The translations under genes were made by a program, and so were the position numbers. Below the pieces are notes generated by a model. That model saw nothing but the letters and a program-made list of their open reading frames with translations, made no database searches and was not told the DNA's origin. This document shows positions 38,487 to 52,324 of a stretch of 64,000 bases of DNA, piece after piece. Position 1 is the stretch's first letter; each line of letters begins with the position of its first letter. The DNA is from Octopus sinensis. Taxonomy: Eukaryota. The stretch spans positions 111,104,001 through 111,168,000 of the forward strand of contig NC_043001.1 in the NCBI RefSeq assembly GCF_006345805.1. The letters run 5' to 3'.

Positions 38487-38862
38487 CTAGCAATATCGCC
38501 CGGCGTTGCTTGGGTTTGTTTAGGTCCTTTAGCATTGGAATTTTTGATAAGTAAAAATTTTGCATTATGTAGCAAAGTGAATATTTTTCTGGTTGAAATA
38601 CACCGACAAATGTTGATACAGCAGTCAAACAATTGTAAAAAATAGTGATTTTCATAGAAAAAAAGCACCTGTTTGATGTAAATAATGTTTGGTGTTAACA
38701 TGGTCCGATTTGAATTTTATCTTCTACGGAAGGAAGAGCAACCCTTCTTCTATCATACTTTCAATTTTGGTCAACTTGCGTCGCAGGTCTCGGAGGAGAT
38801 AGAGTTAGTTGAAGGCTACCGAATCTGCCACACACAGACAACTTCAGCTTTATATATAGAGA
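38487..38862 (-). mobile_element. Short non-autonomous Helitron
   Basis: Minus strand begins TCTCTATATATAAAGCTGAAGTTGTCTGTGTG and ends CCCAAGCAACGCCGGGCGATATTG-CTAG|T. Confidence 0.85.
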
Positions 38863-39606
38863 ATTCATATGTAAGACTGCATTATCCAAAATTATCATTT
38901 CATTTTGTGACTTTCAGTAAATGCTATTTTTTGCAGGTTCTCTGATTATGTGTAGAATTCGTCATTATCCCTCTATACATAATTGTAGATTGAGTTGCAA
39001 ACCATAATTTAGGCGCTGTTAGAAAAATAATTAACATGTCACTATCCCCAAACTATAAAATCCGTCTTGATATTCGGTCACGGAAAATGCTACGAAAAGA
39101 ATCCATATGACAAAACACTATGCAAAAGAATTTTCAGTTACTATCAACGAGCACTAACGAATAGATTGACTAAATGTTGCATATCATAGCTGAAAGTTCT
39201 TTCAGTTACGATGTTTGGAAATTCCGAAATTCTTATTCGTTTAATAATTCAGTTAGAAAGCTGCACTCACATATTTCAAATTTCCATATTAATTTTTTTC
39301 CCGTTTTCTTAATGAATTTATCTTTCCTGTTAAATCAATAGTCTTTGAAGCAACAATTTTTGAATTATAAAGCAATATTTTTTCTTTTAAATTGTGCAGT
39401 TGGCACAAAAACAAATAAGAGGTACACACATATACCAACGAATTCATACACACAAGTGAACGAACTTGTTTTTCCAAACATGGTTTGCGAAAAGCGTTCG
39501 AGGACATATATTAATAATTCGATAAATAACTCTAATGTAAAAAAAAACAAAACAAAAAAAAATTCTTTTAATAAAATTTCGTGCAAATGTTCTCGATAAG
39601 CTTTCT

Positions 39607-40740
39607 TATTTCTTTATTGCCCACAAGGGACTAAACATAGAGGGGGCAAACAAGAACAGACAAACGGATTAAATCGATTACCTCGACTCCAGTTCGTAAC
39701 TGGTACTTAATTTATCGACCCCGAAAGGATGAAAGGCAAAGTCGACTTCGGCCGGCGGAATTTGAACTCAGAACGTACAGACGGACGAAACACCTATTTC
39801 TTTACTACCCACAGGAACTAAACATAGCGACGAGAAACAAGAACAGACAAGCGGATTAAGTTGATTATATCGAGTCCAATGCGTAACTGGTACTTAATTT
39901 ATCGACTCCGAAAGGATGAAAGGCAAAGTCGACCTCGGCGGAATTTGACCTCGGAACGTAGCGGCAGACGAAATACCTATTTCTTTACTACCCTGAAGGA
40001 TGAAAGGTAAAGTCGATCTAGGCGGAATTTGAACCCAGAACGTAAAGACAGAGGAAATACCTAATTCTTTACTACCCACAAGGGTCTAAACACAGAGGGT
40101 ACAAACAAGGACAGACAAACGGATTAAGACGATTATATTGACCCCAGTGCGTAACTGGTACTTATTTAATCGACCCCGAAAGGATGAAAGGCGAAGTCGG
40201 CCGATCTCATTGGAATTTGAACTCAGAACGTAGACGAAATACCTATTTCTTTACTACCCACAAAGGGCTAAACACAGCGCATAATTGGTACTTATTTAAT
40301 CGACCCCGAAAGGATGAAAGGCAAAGTTGATCTCAGTGGAATTTGAACTCAGAACGTAGCGGCAGACGAAATCCCTATTTCTTTACTACCCACAAAGGGC
40401 TAAACACAGCGCATATTTGGTACTTATTTAATCGACCCCGAAAGGATGAAAGGCAAAGTTGATCTCAGTGGAATTTGAACTCAGAACGTAGCGGCAGACG
40501 AAATCCCTATTTCTTTACTACCCACAAGGGGCTAAACACAGAGAGGACAGGCAAGGACAGACACAGGGATTAAGTCGATTATATCGACGCCAGTGCGTAA
40601 CTGGTACTTATTTAATCGACCCCGAAAGGATGAAAAGCAAAGTTGACCTCGGGGGAATTTGAACTCAGAACGTAACGGCCGACGAAATACGGCTACGCAT
40701 TTCGCCCGGCGTGCTAACGTTTCTGCCAGCTCGCCGCCTT
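39607..40740 (-). mobile_element. SINE B head-to-tail heptamer
   Basis: Junctions after 39793, 39976, 40060, 40242, 40374 and 40506; only the unit at 40507-40740 has the complete head. Confidence 0.92.
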
Positions 40741-42573
40741 AATATTTATTTATTCGCTATATATATTTCATTCAGCAGACCTGGCAACAAGCATTTGGTC
40801 CAATCATCCAGTTATGCTTCGATCAATGGAAGACTGAATCGTTACTAATATTAGAGGATGGCTTGTGTTGAAAATTCAAAAGAGTTATCATACTATTTGA
40901 AATATGTTAAATATTTTTGTTGCAGATTCTTATATAACCATTGTTACCACATGCAATTTTATATCATCTCTTGGCTTTGTGTTAAATAGGCCACTACATT
41001 TTTAAAATAATAAAAATAATCGTCATTTTTCGCTATTCTGCCGGTTTTTTTATTTTATATTTCATCTTTCATAGACATTAGTACCTACTTAGAATTTGTC
41101 GACAAGTAATAATCTCGAACAGGTCTTAATATATTTTTCATCACACTTTTGGTACTGTCCAGAATCTGTAAACAAACATTCTGGCATATTGATAGTCTAT
41201 GTTTCTTCTTTTCTGTGTATTATTCTCATTTAAATCTCTATAAAGTAACAAAGATCAGCTTAAAATTGGACCAGTCTGTATTCCTGCAGGAATTTTAATT
41301 AAAAAAGTTAATTGAATTGGTTATCTCATATCTGGAAAAGTTATGAATAATAAATCTTCCTGGCTATATCTAAAGTAATGCGACTATAGAATAAAATGAA
41401 TAGGAAACAAATGACGCAATTGTATTTTCCAATTTAGTTGGATAGTTCAGTAAACCAGTAGGATTCTGGTAAGCAATGTCCATCCCTCCATATCCTTTTA
41501 AAAGATTGCAATCATAACAGCGGTGGTTTATACAAACTGTAGAACAACGGACAAAAGTATAAACAATATTTGTATCTTTCCGTTATGTAGCTCAACTATT
41601 AGGAGAAGTATCGGTTTTCTTATTGCTTTTCAATTCACTGGCGGCGATTGAATGAGCATTAAGAAAATGTCATGAACCGCTTTCATTAAAAAAAAACCAA
41701 TATTCCGGATTAGATATCCGTCTATTCTATTTTGAAAATTAGAATATTCTTCATTTTAAAATCTATTTAAGATGACTGGAGTCTGGCTTTCATTTTTTTT
41801 TAAATATTTGTATTTACTCTTTTCAAAACATTATAATTGAATAGTTTTCAAGCATTTCTTCTATTAAAATGATTATGGGGTGATATAAAGGATACCACAA
41901 ACCATATTCAGAACAACAATATATTTCCTATAACACTTGCGTTGAGTATTCAAACATCTATCTCATTAGTTTGAAGATGAAAAAATACGATGCTACGAAA
42001 GTGATGATCCCCGATATTGTTATCACTAAAAATACTACGGTGTGAAAATGCCTCTGGAAACCTCATTAAATATCCATACACTTCACATAACAATGTCGGT
42101 CTCCTTAACTCTCACTTCCGATTCTGTATTGGTTTTACTCCTGTTAAATCAGTTGAGAGACTTTCTGTTCGAGCAATTACACAGTGTTGGTCACATTACT
42201 GTGTCGTTAATAAGTGTTTCCTGGTTTGGTTATCAGTATCTCATCTTCCCTTACTTCTGCACTTCCCATCATTATGGCCTTCACCTCTGCTTGTCCTTAC
42301 TGTGGTTCACATGATTACAGCTGACGACGCCAAAGCAGAACATCAAGATTAGAATCCAGCAAACTTGTAACACTTGCAATAAAGTACATATATCTTAGGT
42401 CTTTATCGTTCGTATGCTTCGTAATATAAGAGAAAGCGAAGGTTTAGTTCCGTTTCTAACAATCGGCCTACATAATTTTCTTACATGGGGATCAAACTAT
42501 TTGTATGTATCTGCATACCTGTCGACGTATCTATCTACCGATCAATTTATGGAACTATCATCTTATCTATCTG

Positions 42574-42989
42574 TATTTATTTACTGCCCACAAGGGACTA
42601 AACACACAGTGGACAAACAAAGACAGACAAAATGATTAAGTCGATTATGTCGATGCCAGTGCGTAACTGGTACATATTTAATAGACCCTGAAAGGATGAA
42701 AGGCAAAGTAGACCTCGGCGAAATTTGAACTCATAACGTAACGGCAGACGAAATACCTATTTCTTTACTACCCGCAAGGGGCTAAACACAGAGAGGACAA
42801 ACAAGGACAAACAAACGGATTAATTCGATTATATCGACCCCAGTGCGTAACTGGTACATATTTAATCGACCCTGAAAGGATGAAAGGCAAAATAGACCTC
42901 GGCGAAATTTGAACTCATAACGTAACGGCAGACGAAATACCGCTAAACATTTCGCCCGGCGTGCTAACGATTCTGCCAGCCCGCCGCCG
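42574..42989 (-). mobile_element. SINE B dimer (junction 42756/42757)
   Basis: Two units sharing private variants. Confidence 0.92.
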
Positions 42990-44230
42990 TACGTTTTAGT
43001 AAACTTAATATTCCTGAAGGCACCAAGGGCATTATCACTGCAACACCGTTCAATTTGTTCTTAGGAAAGGTGCCGATGAAAATTTGCAAATCTATTTTCC
43101 ATGACAATCTCCTCACAGCCTGAATTACTTAATTCGCCATGAACCATATGCAAACTTGTAACTCTGCCTATACTCAAACATTACACAACAGGCAAATTGG
43201 GGTCAAAATCAATACAATAGGCATTTAACCCTAGCTCCTATTGTAAATTTCACCTATAAAATGAAGAAGGCGAACATTGATACAAATTGGATGTTTATAT
43301 AAAAAGCGGTCTAAATGCGTCTGGAAGGGGATTAAAATTTACAGAAAGGGTTAACTTGGGGTGAGAAATTGATTGGAAGACGTTTTGGAGAGCTACAGCG
43401 GTTGCTTTATTGTGAAAACGGGGATTTTATTGATTTTCGGGGACACTTAGGGGGTCTAGATTGGATACCTTTTGTAAATTTCATTTCGGTCAGCCTTACT
43501 GAAATGTGATTTAATTGTTGACAAATATCGGCAACAACTCCGTCTTTATTGTGTAGTTACCTATTATATAAATTTCGCTTGTTCATATTTTCCATCATTC
43601 AGCGCCACCACAAATACTGCCATTAATAAATAGATTCATCATAATTATTATATGGATTCAGTAATACATAAATGAATAAATCTTGCAATATTTTCTTTCT
43701 GAAATAATTCTCGTTCATTATGCAACTCATAATTTTACAACTACTGTTAATTTAATGACTCTTCCTAATTCATATCGTGTCTATTTCATTCATCCCCCCA
43801 ACAATAATATATCAGGACATATTACTCCATCACACCATATTTCATAGTCGTCTATATAACTAATTTATCAACTGTTCTAAATTCGAATATACCGTATCGA
43901 TTGCTAAAGTTGAATAATGTTATTAACAGTTACATATAGCGTGATCTTCAATATGCCGACCTAATGATGATCAAAGTATTGGCGAGCTGCTTCCTTTTGC
44001 TGTCGCTACATTATCCGTTAAGCTAAGACATTTGACTCGTAATAAATCACTCTTCCTCGCTATGGTTGTGTCCTTTGTGTGAATATATAAGTGCTATTAT
44101 ATCAGTTTAAATGCTTACTGCTATATAGCACCATCTCTTCTTAGAGAACTACATAAATATTCAATGGAGTTTAGTAAAAAAAATTATGGGTCGTATATAT
44201 GTATATATATATGTATATATGCATGTGTAT

Positions 44231-44440
44231 GTGTATATGTTTGTGCGTCTGTGTTTGTCCTACCAGCATCGCTTGACAACCGATGCTGGTGTGTTTAAGA
44301 CCCCGTAAACTAGCGGTTCGGTAAAGAAGACCAATAGCATAAGTACTAGGCTTAGAAAGAATAAGTCCTGGGTTCGATTTGCTCGACTAAAAGGCCACAG
44401 TCAAATGACTGAAACAAGTAAAAAGAGTAAAAAAAGAGTA
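44231..44440 (+). mobile_element. SINE A, 3' half only
   Basis: Begins at a (TA)/(TG) tract; no head upstream. Confidence 0.85.
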
Positions 44441-44481
44441 GATGATCGAAGCATCATACTGCACCGCCCATATACTGTAAT

Positions 44482-45751
44482 GTTTTCTTCCTAAAGAATG
44501 AAGTGTCCGATTTTAAACTGAAAGTTTACCTTATTTCAACAAAAGTGTGCAGATAATCAATGTATGCACCTAAATTATCAATACAGATTTTCCATTTTAT
44601 CGGTAGCTCATTTATGCCGGCAGCGAAGAATTCTGGAGAGCAAGAGGTGATGAATTCACGCAAGGCTATTTTTGCATCTTGAGATTTGAAGTATTTTTCC
44701 CTGGAAAGAGTTGTCAAATAGCTGGAAAACGTGATACTCAGTTGGTGCAAGGCCTAATGAATATAATAGATAACATAGTACTTCCAAGTTCGGTTCCTAT
44801 AACTTGAGTAGCGTTCTTTGTGTAACATGTGGTCGAACATTGTCTTGCGAGAAATGGCCTATCTCTATTGACCAGCCTCGGTTGTTTAATTGCAGGTTCA
44901 CTTATCATTTCATCCAATTGGTTGATGCATACATCTGCTGTAATTGTCTACGCAGGTCTCATGAAGCTGTAGTGGATGACACCTGAGCTGGACCACCAAA
45001 TATACGCGATTAGCTTTTTTATGTGAATATTCTTTTTTGGATTGTGTTTTCTCAGTTTGTCTCTATCCAACCACCGTGCAGAACGCTTGCTATAGTTGAA
45101 AAGAGTCCATTTTGCATCACACGTAACGACACGATGCAAAATTGGCGCTCGCTTTTATGCCGTGACAGCAAAGAAAAGCAAGTATAAAGGCGACGTGTCA
45201 TTTGATGCTCGTCCAGTTCGTGTGGTACCCACTTGTCTAGATTCTTTACCTTGCCGATTTGTTTCAGATGGTCTAATACAGGTGGAATCGCAACATCAAA
45301 ACTTGCTGCTAACGTATGTGCAGTTTGAGATGTATCCGCTTCCACTACAGTTCCGGACTCATGTACCTTCGTCTCAGGTCCACCACGGGGCTGATTTTCA
45401 CGAGTAAAGTCACCAGACCCGAACTTCTCAAACCATCAACGTACAATGCGTTCATTTGCCACATCTTCACCGAATATGTCATTGATGGATCGAGCTATCT
45501 GGGATGCATTTGTGCCACGACGGAACTCATATTCATATACAACAGGAAGATTTGTTCTGTCCATGGGTTCACAAAAAATGATTTACAAGAGAAAACTCAC
45601 AATATAATCAAACACCATGAATTGTATTTCGAAAGTGATAATGTACCCCTTCAATGCTGTAAATAAAGAATTGACAAGATAACATTGGAGGTAACGGCTG
45701 TCAAACTTGGTGCATAAGAAAATCTGACATTTCATTCTTAATGAGCTGATA
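44482..45751 (-). mobile_element. Near full-length degraded mariner (transposase ~45564 to ~44545)
   Basis: MDRTNLPVVYEYEFRRGTNASQIARSINDIFGEDV...WVPHEL...VTCDAKW...QDNVRPHV...YSLGLAPTEYH. TIR remnants AAGAATGAA(G/A)TGTC(C/A)GATTTT at both ends. Confidence 0.92.
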
Positions 45752-46660
45752 AAATAATGGATATTTAATGAGACTTATGCATTTGAAAATTTATGATATT
45801 CAACGTTAAATAATCATATTTTTAACGTCAGCACATTTATCAGTAAAGAGTAACTCTAAACCATTAATACATGAAACTATAGATATATTTTTTTTAAGTA
45901 GGAGTGACATGTTGTTTGTTAATGTTACACACTCTATCTTCAATAGATAAAACAAATGGAAAGTCTAAGAAATGGAATGCTTATTTGACAACGTAATTGC
46001 ATAAGATACGAATTCTGCGAGTAGAATTTTGATAAAGCTGCAATCCCTGTAAGCCTACAAAAATTTGTTGCGATAACGAACAAGAATGGTTTGTTTGAAA
46101 TGTCTCACTATCAATTCATTGGAGAAAAGACCTACAATTTATAAAATTTCTGAACAAAAATATTCAGAATCCATGCTTATAAGTGTCACTTGATAAACTT
46201 CCTGGAATGACTTATCAGTGAAAAAAGCACGAAACACCCTGGGTAGACAAAATATATATAATCGCTCGTAATAAATACATAAAGACTTTAATAGTATTAA
46301 TACTTTGATACAATAGAGCACTCAATATAAATTCAGTATATAATATTCTCATTGAATATATTTAACTTAAGATTTATATTTTTGAGCTTACATTTTTATA
46401 CTGAACTCTAAGCCATTAGGGTAAGAGTGACTTAAAGTGAAATCACACTTTGAATCAAATGTTTAACTTGTAATGTCAGTAATAATACATGATATAGAGA
46501 AATAAATTGATATACATTAAAAGATAAATCGGATGTATAACTTGTAGGTCTCTTTTGGAACTTAAGAAAACCTCAATATCGACTGAATGGACAAGAAAAA
46601 GCAAGAAAGAACAAACTTAAGTATCGTTTAAAATTGATTAATAATGGATTTATAAAAACA

Positions 46661-46935
46661 ATGTTTCTTTATTAGCCACACAGGGCTGCACACAGACGGG
46701 ACAGATTACAAAGTAGAGCTTTTCTTTTGGGGGAGAAAAAAAGGGGGTAGGTTTTCGATCAAAAACGATCGTAAAAGGGAAAGAAAAAAAAGAAAAAGAA
46801 AAAAACGATAAATAGGGATCATGTATCACAATGATGTCATGATATAAAGTGTAAAGGGTGAAACAGATAAGGTTTATCCGTGGAAAGAAAAGCCTACAGA
46901 AAAACCACGGTAACCTCGGTCAATAATGTTACATG
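46661..46935 (-). mobile_element. Non-LTR retrotransposon-like 3' end sharing its tail with SINE B
   Basis: Terminal 40 nt are 33/40 identical to the SINE B tail and include AATAAA; upstream sequence is unrelated to SINE B. No ORF seen; 5' boundary approximate. Confidence 0.55.
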
Positions 46936-47506
46936 TTGCCACATTTGTTTGCAAGTAGGTAACCCTCTGTTTTAAATTTTTCCGGGTTTATAGGATTAGT
47001 TCTAATGTAACTAAATATCGTATAACTAATGAAACAGGGTAAAATTGAAGGCTATACTATTCCGTTTATCGACACACGATACAGAAGGGACCAATATGTT
47101 CCATACATTAAAAAAAACTTACCGATACTTTTGCAAAGCGCCAAAATGGAAAAATTTAGTTGATGAAAGTCTCACAAGAAACAGAAAACGTGAACCAAAA
47201 TATCTTTAAAACATTTCACAAGAGCGCAATTCACGTCAGGTAATTCAAAATCCACCCTGAAGGACAGTGAAGACAATAGACCTGGAATATGCAGTAACAA
47301 AAACAAGTTGAAATGTTTGGGTGCTGGTTCCCATGTAAAATTTAAAAGAGAATACGAACTGTAAAATGGAGAATCTCATACAACCTGTCTCAATTGCGAA
47401 GAGAATTATATTGGCGAAATAAATAATTCCCTTTGTCAAAGCGGAAAATCCAGGGAAAATATATTTGACAAAAGAATAGCGTAAGATGGAGGTGAGCAAA
47501 TATCTA

Positions 47507-47645
47507 GATTGTGTGATAAACCGTTAGCTTCCCAACCACATGGATTGTTGTTCAGTCTACTTGCATGGTACGTTGGACATGTGTCTTCTTCAAAAGCATC
47601 CCGTCGAACAAAATCCTGGTAGACGGAAACTAAAAGACGACCTCC
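47507..47645 (+). mobile_element. SINE A, degraded 5' half
   Basis: AACCACATGG...TGTGTCTTCT...GGTAGACGGAAACTAAAAGACG matches the SINE A head half. Confidence 0.7.
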
Positions 47646-47660
47646 ATATATAAATATATA

Positions 47661-47884
47661 TATTTCTTTACTACCCACAAGGGGCTAAACACAGAGGGGA
47701 CAAACAAGGTCAGGCAAACGGATTAAGTCGATTACATCGACACCAGTGCGTAACTGGTACCTAATTTATCGACCCCGAAAGGATGAAAGGCAAAGTCGAC
47801 CTCGGCGGAATTTGAACACAACGTAACGGCAGACGAAATACCGCTAAGCATTTCGCCCGGCGTGTTAACGTTTCTGCCAGCTCT
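47661..47884 (-). mobile_element. SINE B monomer
   Basis: Colinear with the consensus. Confidence 0.9.
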
Positions 47885-47962
47885 GTGTTGGAGAGAGGTG
47901 AACGTGGATGTCACATAAATATATATGTGTGTGTGTGTGTGGTGTGTGTGTGTGTATTTATT

Positions 47963-48455
47963 ATTTTATAATTATTAGATGTGAACTTAAATCTAACAAT
48001 ATTAATAGTGATTATTTTGTTAAATAATTTGGCAATTAAATATTGAAGTATAACTGAGTTAAAGATATTCGATAGTTTATTATGTTTTTTAAAGTCAAAT
48101 TATATCTTCAAAGATAAATACATATTTCTATCTATTTTTCCCTTAAAAATTAAATATTTAACTTAATAAATGTGTTGTAGGAATAATCCTAATATTTTAC
48201 GTTTCTAATATATTTAATGGAGTTGTTTCTTCAAAAATACATTATTTTATTTATTTTTTAAATAAATACTGTTTAACTTTATTTGCTTATTTATTTTACT
48301 ATTATCATTAACCTGAAGGTTGACTATAATTTTAAATCGAATTTATTTAAATTGAATTTGAACTTAATTGTAATTCGAATTTAATTGTAGCAATGAAACA
48401 TACGTAGTCATGAAACATACCTATTATATATTGATCATTCATTTTTATGCTCTTT
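47963..48455 (+). repeat. Very AT-rich dispersed repeat, copy 2
   Basis: Colinear with 19600-20075. Confidence 0.8.
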
Positions 48456-49689
48456 GAGATCTAGTTATAAGTCATGTGTTTTATGAAAGTATATATTGTT
48501 ATTTATGCTTTGGTTTATGTCTATCACTGTTTGAGTTGCATAATAGTGGTGTTATCTCTAATTTATATTTTATATATATACATGTGTGTGTATGTATGCA
48601 TGCATGTATGTATTTGTGAGTATTGATGAGTGGATCGATATGGATTTATAAACTTCCATGTATTCATCTATAAGTATTCAAGTTTATTTTCAGCTGTACA
48701 TTTACTGACTTCTGCAGGTAATGTGGCTATACTGAGATACCAACGTTGCTCATAGCTCCTAATATATACTAGCTGAATAGGCAGAAGTTGATTCACTGTA
48801 GCATTACATTTTGTGTTACATAAATATAATTTATAAATTTAAAAGAAAATATCTTTCTCCATCGTGAAAATCTGGAAACTCATTATTGTAATCATGCGTG
48901 GGATTTCTACAACGCATTATTAAATTTCTTTTTGGTCAGATTAATAAAGTAAGGACACATTTTTATATTCATAAACATGTGCTTAATGTATTCGCAAAGT
49001 TAGTCACACATACAGCGTGCCCTGTCGTTTGTCATAAATTTATGATATATGATTTTTTAAAAATAAATGAGAAATATTTTACCTTTCTTTTTATTTTTTT
49101 ACGTCACGACATTCTCACCAATCTTAAATTATTTTCTCATCACATACGTTAACAAATCTGTTTAGTTATACAAATTTAATTAATATTAATCTGTCATCTT
49201 CAGACATTTTCTTTGAATGCACCAATAATAACTTATATATTTTTCAACATACGTATCAACTAGATCTTGTCGTTACACTATTTTAATAACTTTATCGGCT
49301 TTTTTCATTTACGTATGTCATTTTACTGTTTAAGTTATAATTTCACGCAATTTTCTATATAACGCTGTGCTTTCAATCAATAGCATTTTTCTCATCTCAC
49401 GATCAAACAAAATTAAATAAATATACTAAGTTTTCTAGTGTTAATCTTCCGGTCCCATCTTTACTTTGCAAAAAAAAAAAAACTGCATTGTGTTATTACT
49501 TTTTTAAACTAGTAGTAAAGAATAAACAACATTACATTGCAAAACAGGGCCATTCTTCCAGAGAAATAATTTGCGAAAGGCAGACCTCGTGAAAATCCAG
49601 AAAGAGTTGAACGAAAAAGTATCGCTTATTCCTAAAGGAGGAATCATATCAAACAATATAGGCACTTTGTTATTCGATGTTAAATGTCA

Positions 49690-49989
49690 ACGAAGTTGGT
49701 GGGTAGCGTTTATTTTCCACCGCGACCTTTAACATCGATGAACTTTATCATCGAATAACAACAGCCATCAGCTCAGTGGATCGTGATATGCTGATATGCG
49801 TGTGAGAGGAATTCTCCTATAGCACTGGTGTTTCCGGTGCTGCAGGTTATGGCCACATTGAACATTTGTAAGACAGGAAATAAAAGTTGGTTGTGAGTAA
49901 ATACTTGTGTCTTAGCTGGAGTTTCTTATTGCTTTCCCTTATAAAAATATAGCGTAAGGAATTCGCTTCATTCTTTTTGAATAACCCTG
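49690..49989 (+). mobile_element. Tc1/mariner-superfamily 3' remnant (maT/DD37D-like C-terminus) with right TIR
   Basis: Reads NIDELYHRITTAISSVDRDMLICV*EEFSY...GHIEHL*, then AATTCGCTTCATTCTTTTTGAATAACCCTG|TA. Subfamily assignment is inference. Confidence 0.7.
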
Positions 49990-50242
49990 TATATGCTTTA
50001 CGCGTTTCATCGCGTTGAGACTGAATCCAAAGACATAAGGTTGCGAGGCAAGCTTCTGAGCCACAATAGGCGGGAGAGTAACAAAGGAAAAGTGCTGGAT
50101 GTGAATATTTCTAAACATGTGAGTGTGGGGCATGGTACTTTCTTATTTCTTAGAAATTTGCTATACTACATATAAATTTGGAAATAAAATGATAAAGACC
50201 GCCTTTAGTAATGAAGGATCATAGGATTTCTGCTGGAATGTT

Positions 50243-50512
50243 GCCCTCCAAGGCACAAGTCCGAGCAAGGTAGATTATGGAAGGCCAGTAATCAGTCATG
50301 TATACCAGCCTCCTCTCTCCAGGCCACTGGTGTTGACTAACAGAAAGTCAAAGGACGATATAACTTGGCATCAATGACGTCACATCATATTTCTGCAACT
50401 GAATGAAATGGAACAACGTGAATTAAAATGACTTGCTGAAAAATATAGCAAAATCCCGAACTCACAACTTTACGCTAATTAGGTCGACGCTCTAACCACT
50501 GAGCCATTCCCA
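50243..50512 (-). mobile_element. SINE family D (tRNA head, diverged)
   Basis: A-box TGGCTCAGTGG and B-box-like GAGTTCGGGAT on the minus strand; its 3' part recurs at 55890-55982. Confidence 0.65.
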
Positions 50513-50979
50513 TTCACAATATGGGAATAAAATTTATACGTTGTAATTAATTGCCTAAAGTCTGTGAAATATTTGTATTTATAATCGGTTGTATGTGTCG
50601 ACTGTCTCAGTTATTAAAATACGAAAATAATTGCTTATTGTTTAATGAGGTATTATGAAGATAGGATAATTCCAATAACTTGTTCTTGGTTTATCGCATA
50701 CTACTGAGGCGTAAACTTTATGTAATATTCTAATAATGTCCACAAGTACAGGTCAAATAAGCGCCACTGGTACAAGTGTTGTTTGAAGCAGGAAAACTAT
50801 CATTAATTTCACACTGTTTCTTGTCTTCCATACAGCGACGGTAAGTCACACGTGATCTTTGTGATAATTATTTCTATATCACATCATTGGCGAAATATAC
50901 GCGTGTGAATGAGAGGAGGTGCATTCGTTTATATATGTGTGTGCACGCGTGTGCGAGTGTGTGTGTGTGTGCATATGTA

Positions 50980-51027
<48 letters not shown>

Positions 51028-51198
51028 TGTATATCACATACACACGCACACGTATGAACAAACACACACATACACATATATATATATATATAGATAGATA
51101 GATACATACATACATACAAACATAAATACACATATCTATGCATATACACATACATACACGCACAGACACAAACATACATACATACACACACATATATG

Positions 51199-51454
51199 TC
51201 TCTCTTTTACTCTTTTACTTGTTTCAGTAATTTGACTGTGGCCATGCTGTAACACTGCCTTTAGTCGTTGAAATCGACCCCAGGCGTTATTCTTTGCAAA
51301 CCTAGTACTTATTCTATCGGTGTATTTTGCCATACTGCTAAGTTACGGGGACGTAAACACACCAGCATCGGTTGTCAAGCGATGTTGGGGAGACAAACAC
51401 AGCACACAAACATATACAAGCACACACACATACAAACACACACACACACACACA

Positions 51455-51511
<57 letters not shown>

Positions 51512-51675
51512 CAACGAGCTTCTTCCAATTTCCATCGACCAAATCCACTCACAATGCTTTGGTCGGGCTGAGGCTATAGTAGAAGACACCTGCCTAAGAT
51601 ATCATGCAGTGGAACTGAACCCGGAACCATGTGGTTTGAAAGCAAGCTACTTGCCTCACAGCCACTCCTGCGCCT
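51199..51675 (-). mobile_element. SINE A, full length
   Basis: Internal (CA)/(TA) tract at ~51400-51512. Confidence 0.92.
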
Positions 51676-51970
51676 ATATGTATAAACGAAAAACACCAGG
51701 GTTCAGTGCGTCAAGAAAATACTGCAAGTAAACCACATGGGGTTTTATGAAACTTTTAACATCTCTTTTCGATCTTTAATTTTTTGTTGAATTTATATAG
51801 GATACGTGTTCTATAAATGCTCATAGCACACCTTATATATATATATAAGGGGCTTGTATGATTATGTATATAGGGATATATATTATTCAAAGAAATTCCA
51901 ACTCTGTTTTTTTGTTTTATTTATATTCTTTATAATATTAATGTAGAATACAGAACATATAGTATCAATA

Positions 51971-52001
<31 letters not shown>

Positions 52002-52011
52002 ATATATATAT

Positions 52012-52195
52012 GAAACTAGACAAAAGACGAAGGCAGGTGGAATACAAACAAACAATTGTATTAGTATGGCGCTCAGGAAATATAAATAAAACAAGTCTTT
52101 AACGTTTCGAGCCCACGCTCTTCAACAGAAAGATACACAGAGAAGAAACACAGAAAGAAGGAGAGAAAAAAATGTGTGCAGAGGCTAGCGAATCA
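52012..52195 (-). mobile_element. Hammerhead-bearing short repeat (pLTR/retrozyme-like), copy 1
   Basis: Homologous to 52325-52505; bounded by TA-rich tracts. Confidence 0.65.
52096..52133 (-). ncRNA. Minimal hammerhead variant (U at core position 6)
   Basis: Minus strand reads TCTTT-CTGTTGA-A-GAGC(gtgg)GCTC-GAAA-CGTT-AAAGA. Confidence 0.6.
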
Positions 52196-52324
52196 ATATA
52201 TATTTATATATATAAATATTATTTTTAGGGAATAAAAATTCCTGTATAACAGAGGTTAAAGTTATTCTTAATGAAGAAATATATTTTAATTTAGAGATAG
52301 TAGGCCCCTACATCTCACCATATA

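Noticed and set aside
39607-40740. Regularly spaced repeats resembling a CRISPR array or retrozyme tandem
   Set aside because: Units are SINE bodies with no unique spacers, no cas genes and no hammerhead core found on either strand; context is eukaryotic.
42017-42352. Two overlapping plus-strand ORFs (111 and 90 aa)
   Set aside because: Non-ATG or weak starts, no splice support, no homology.
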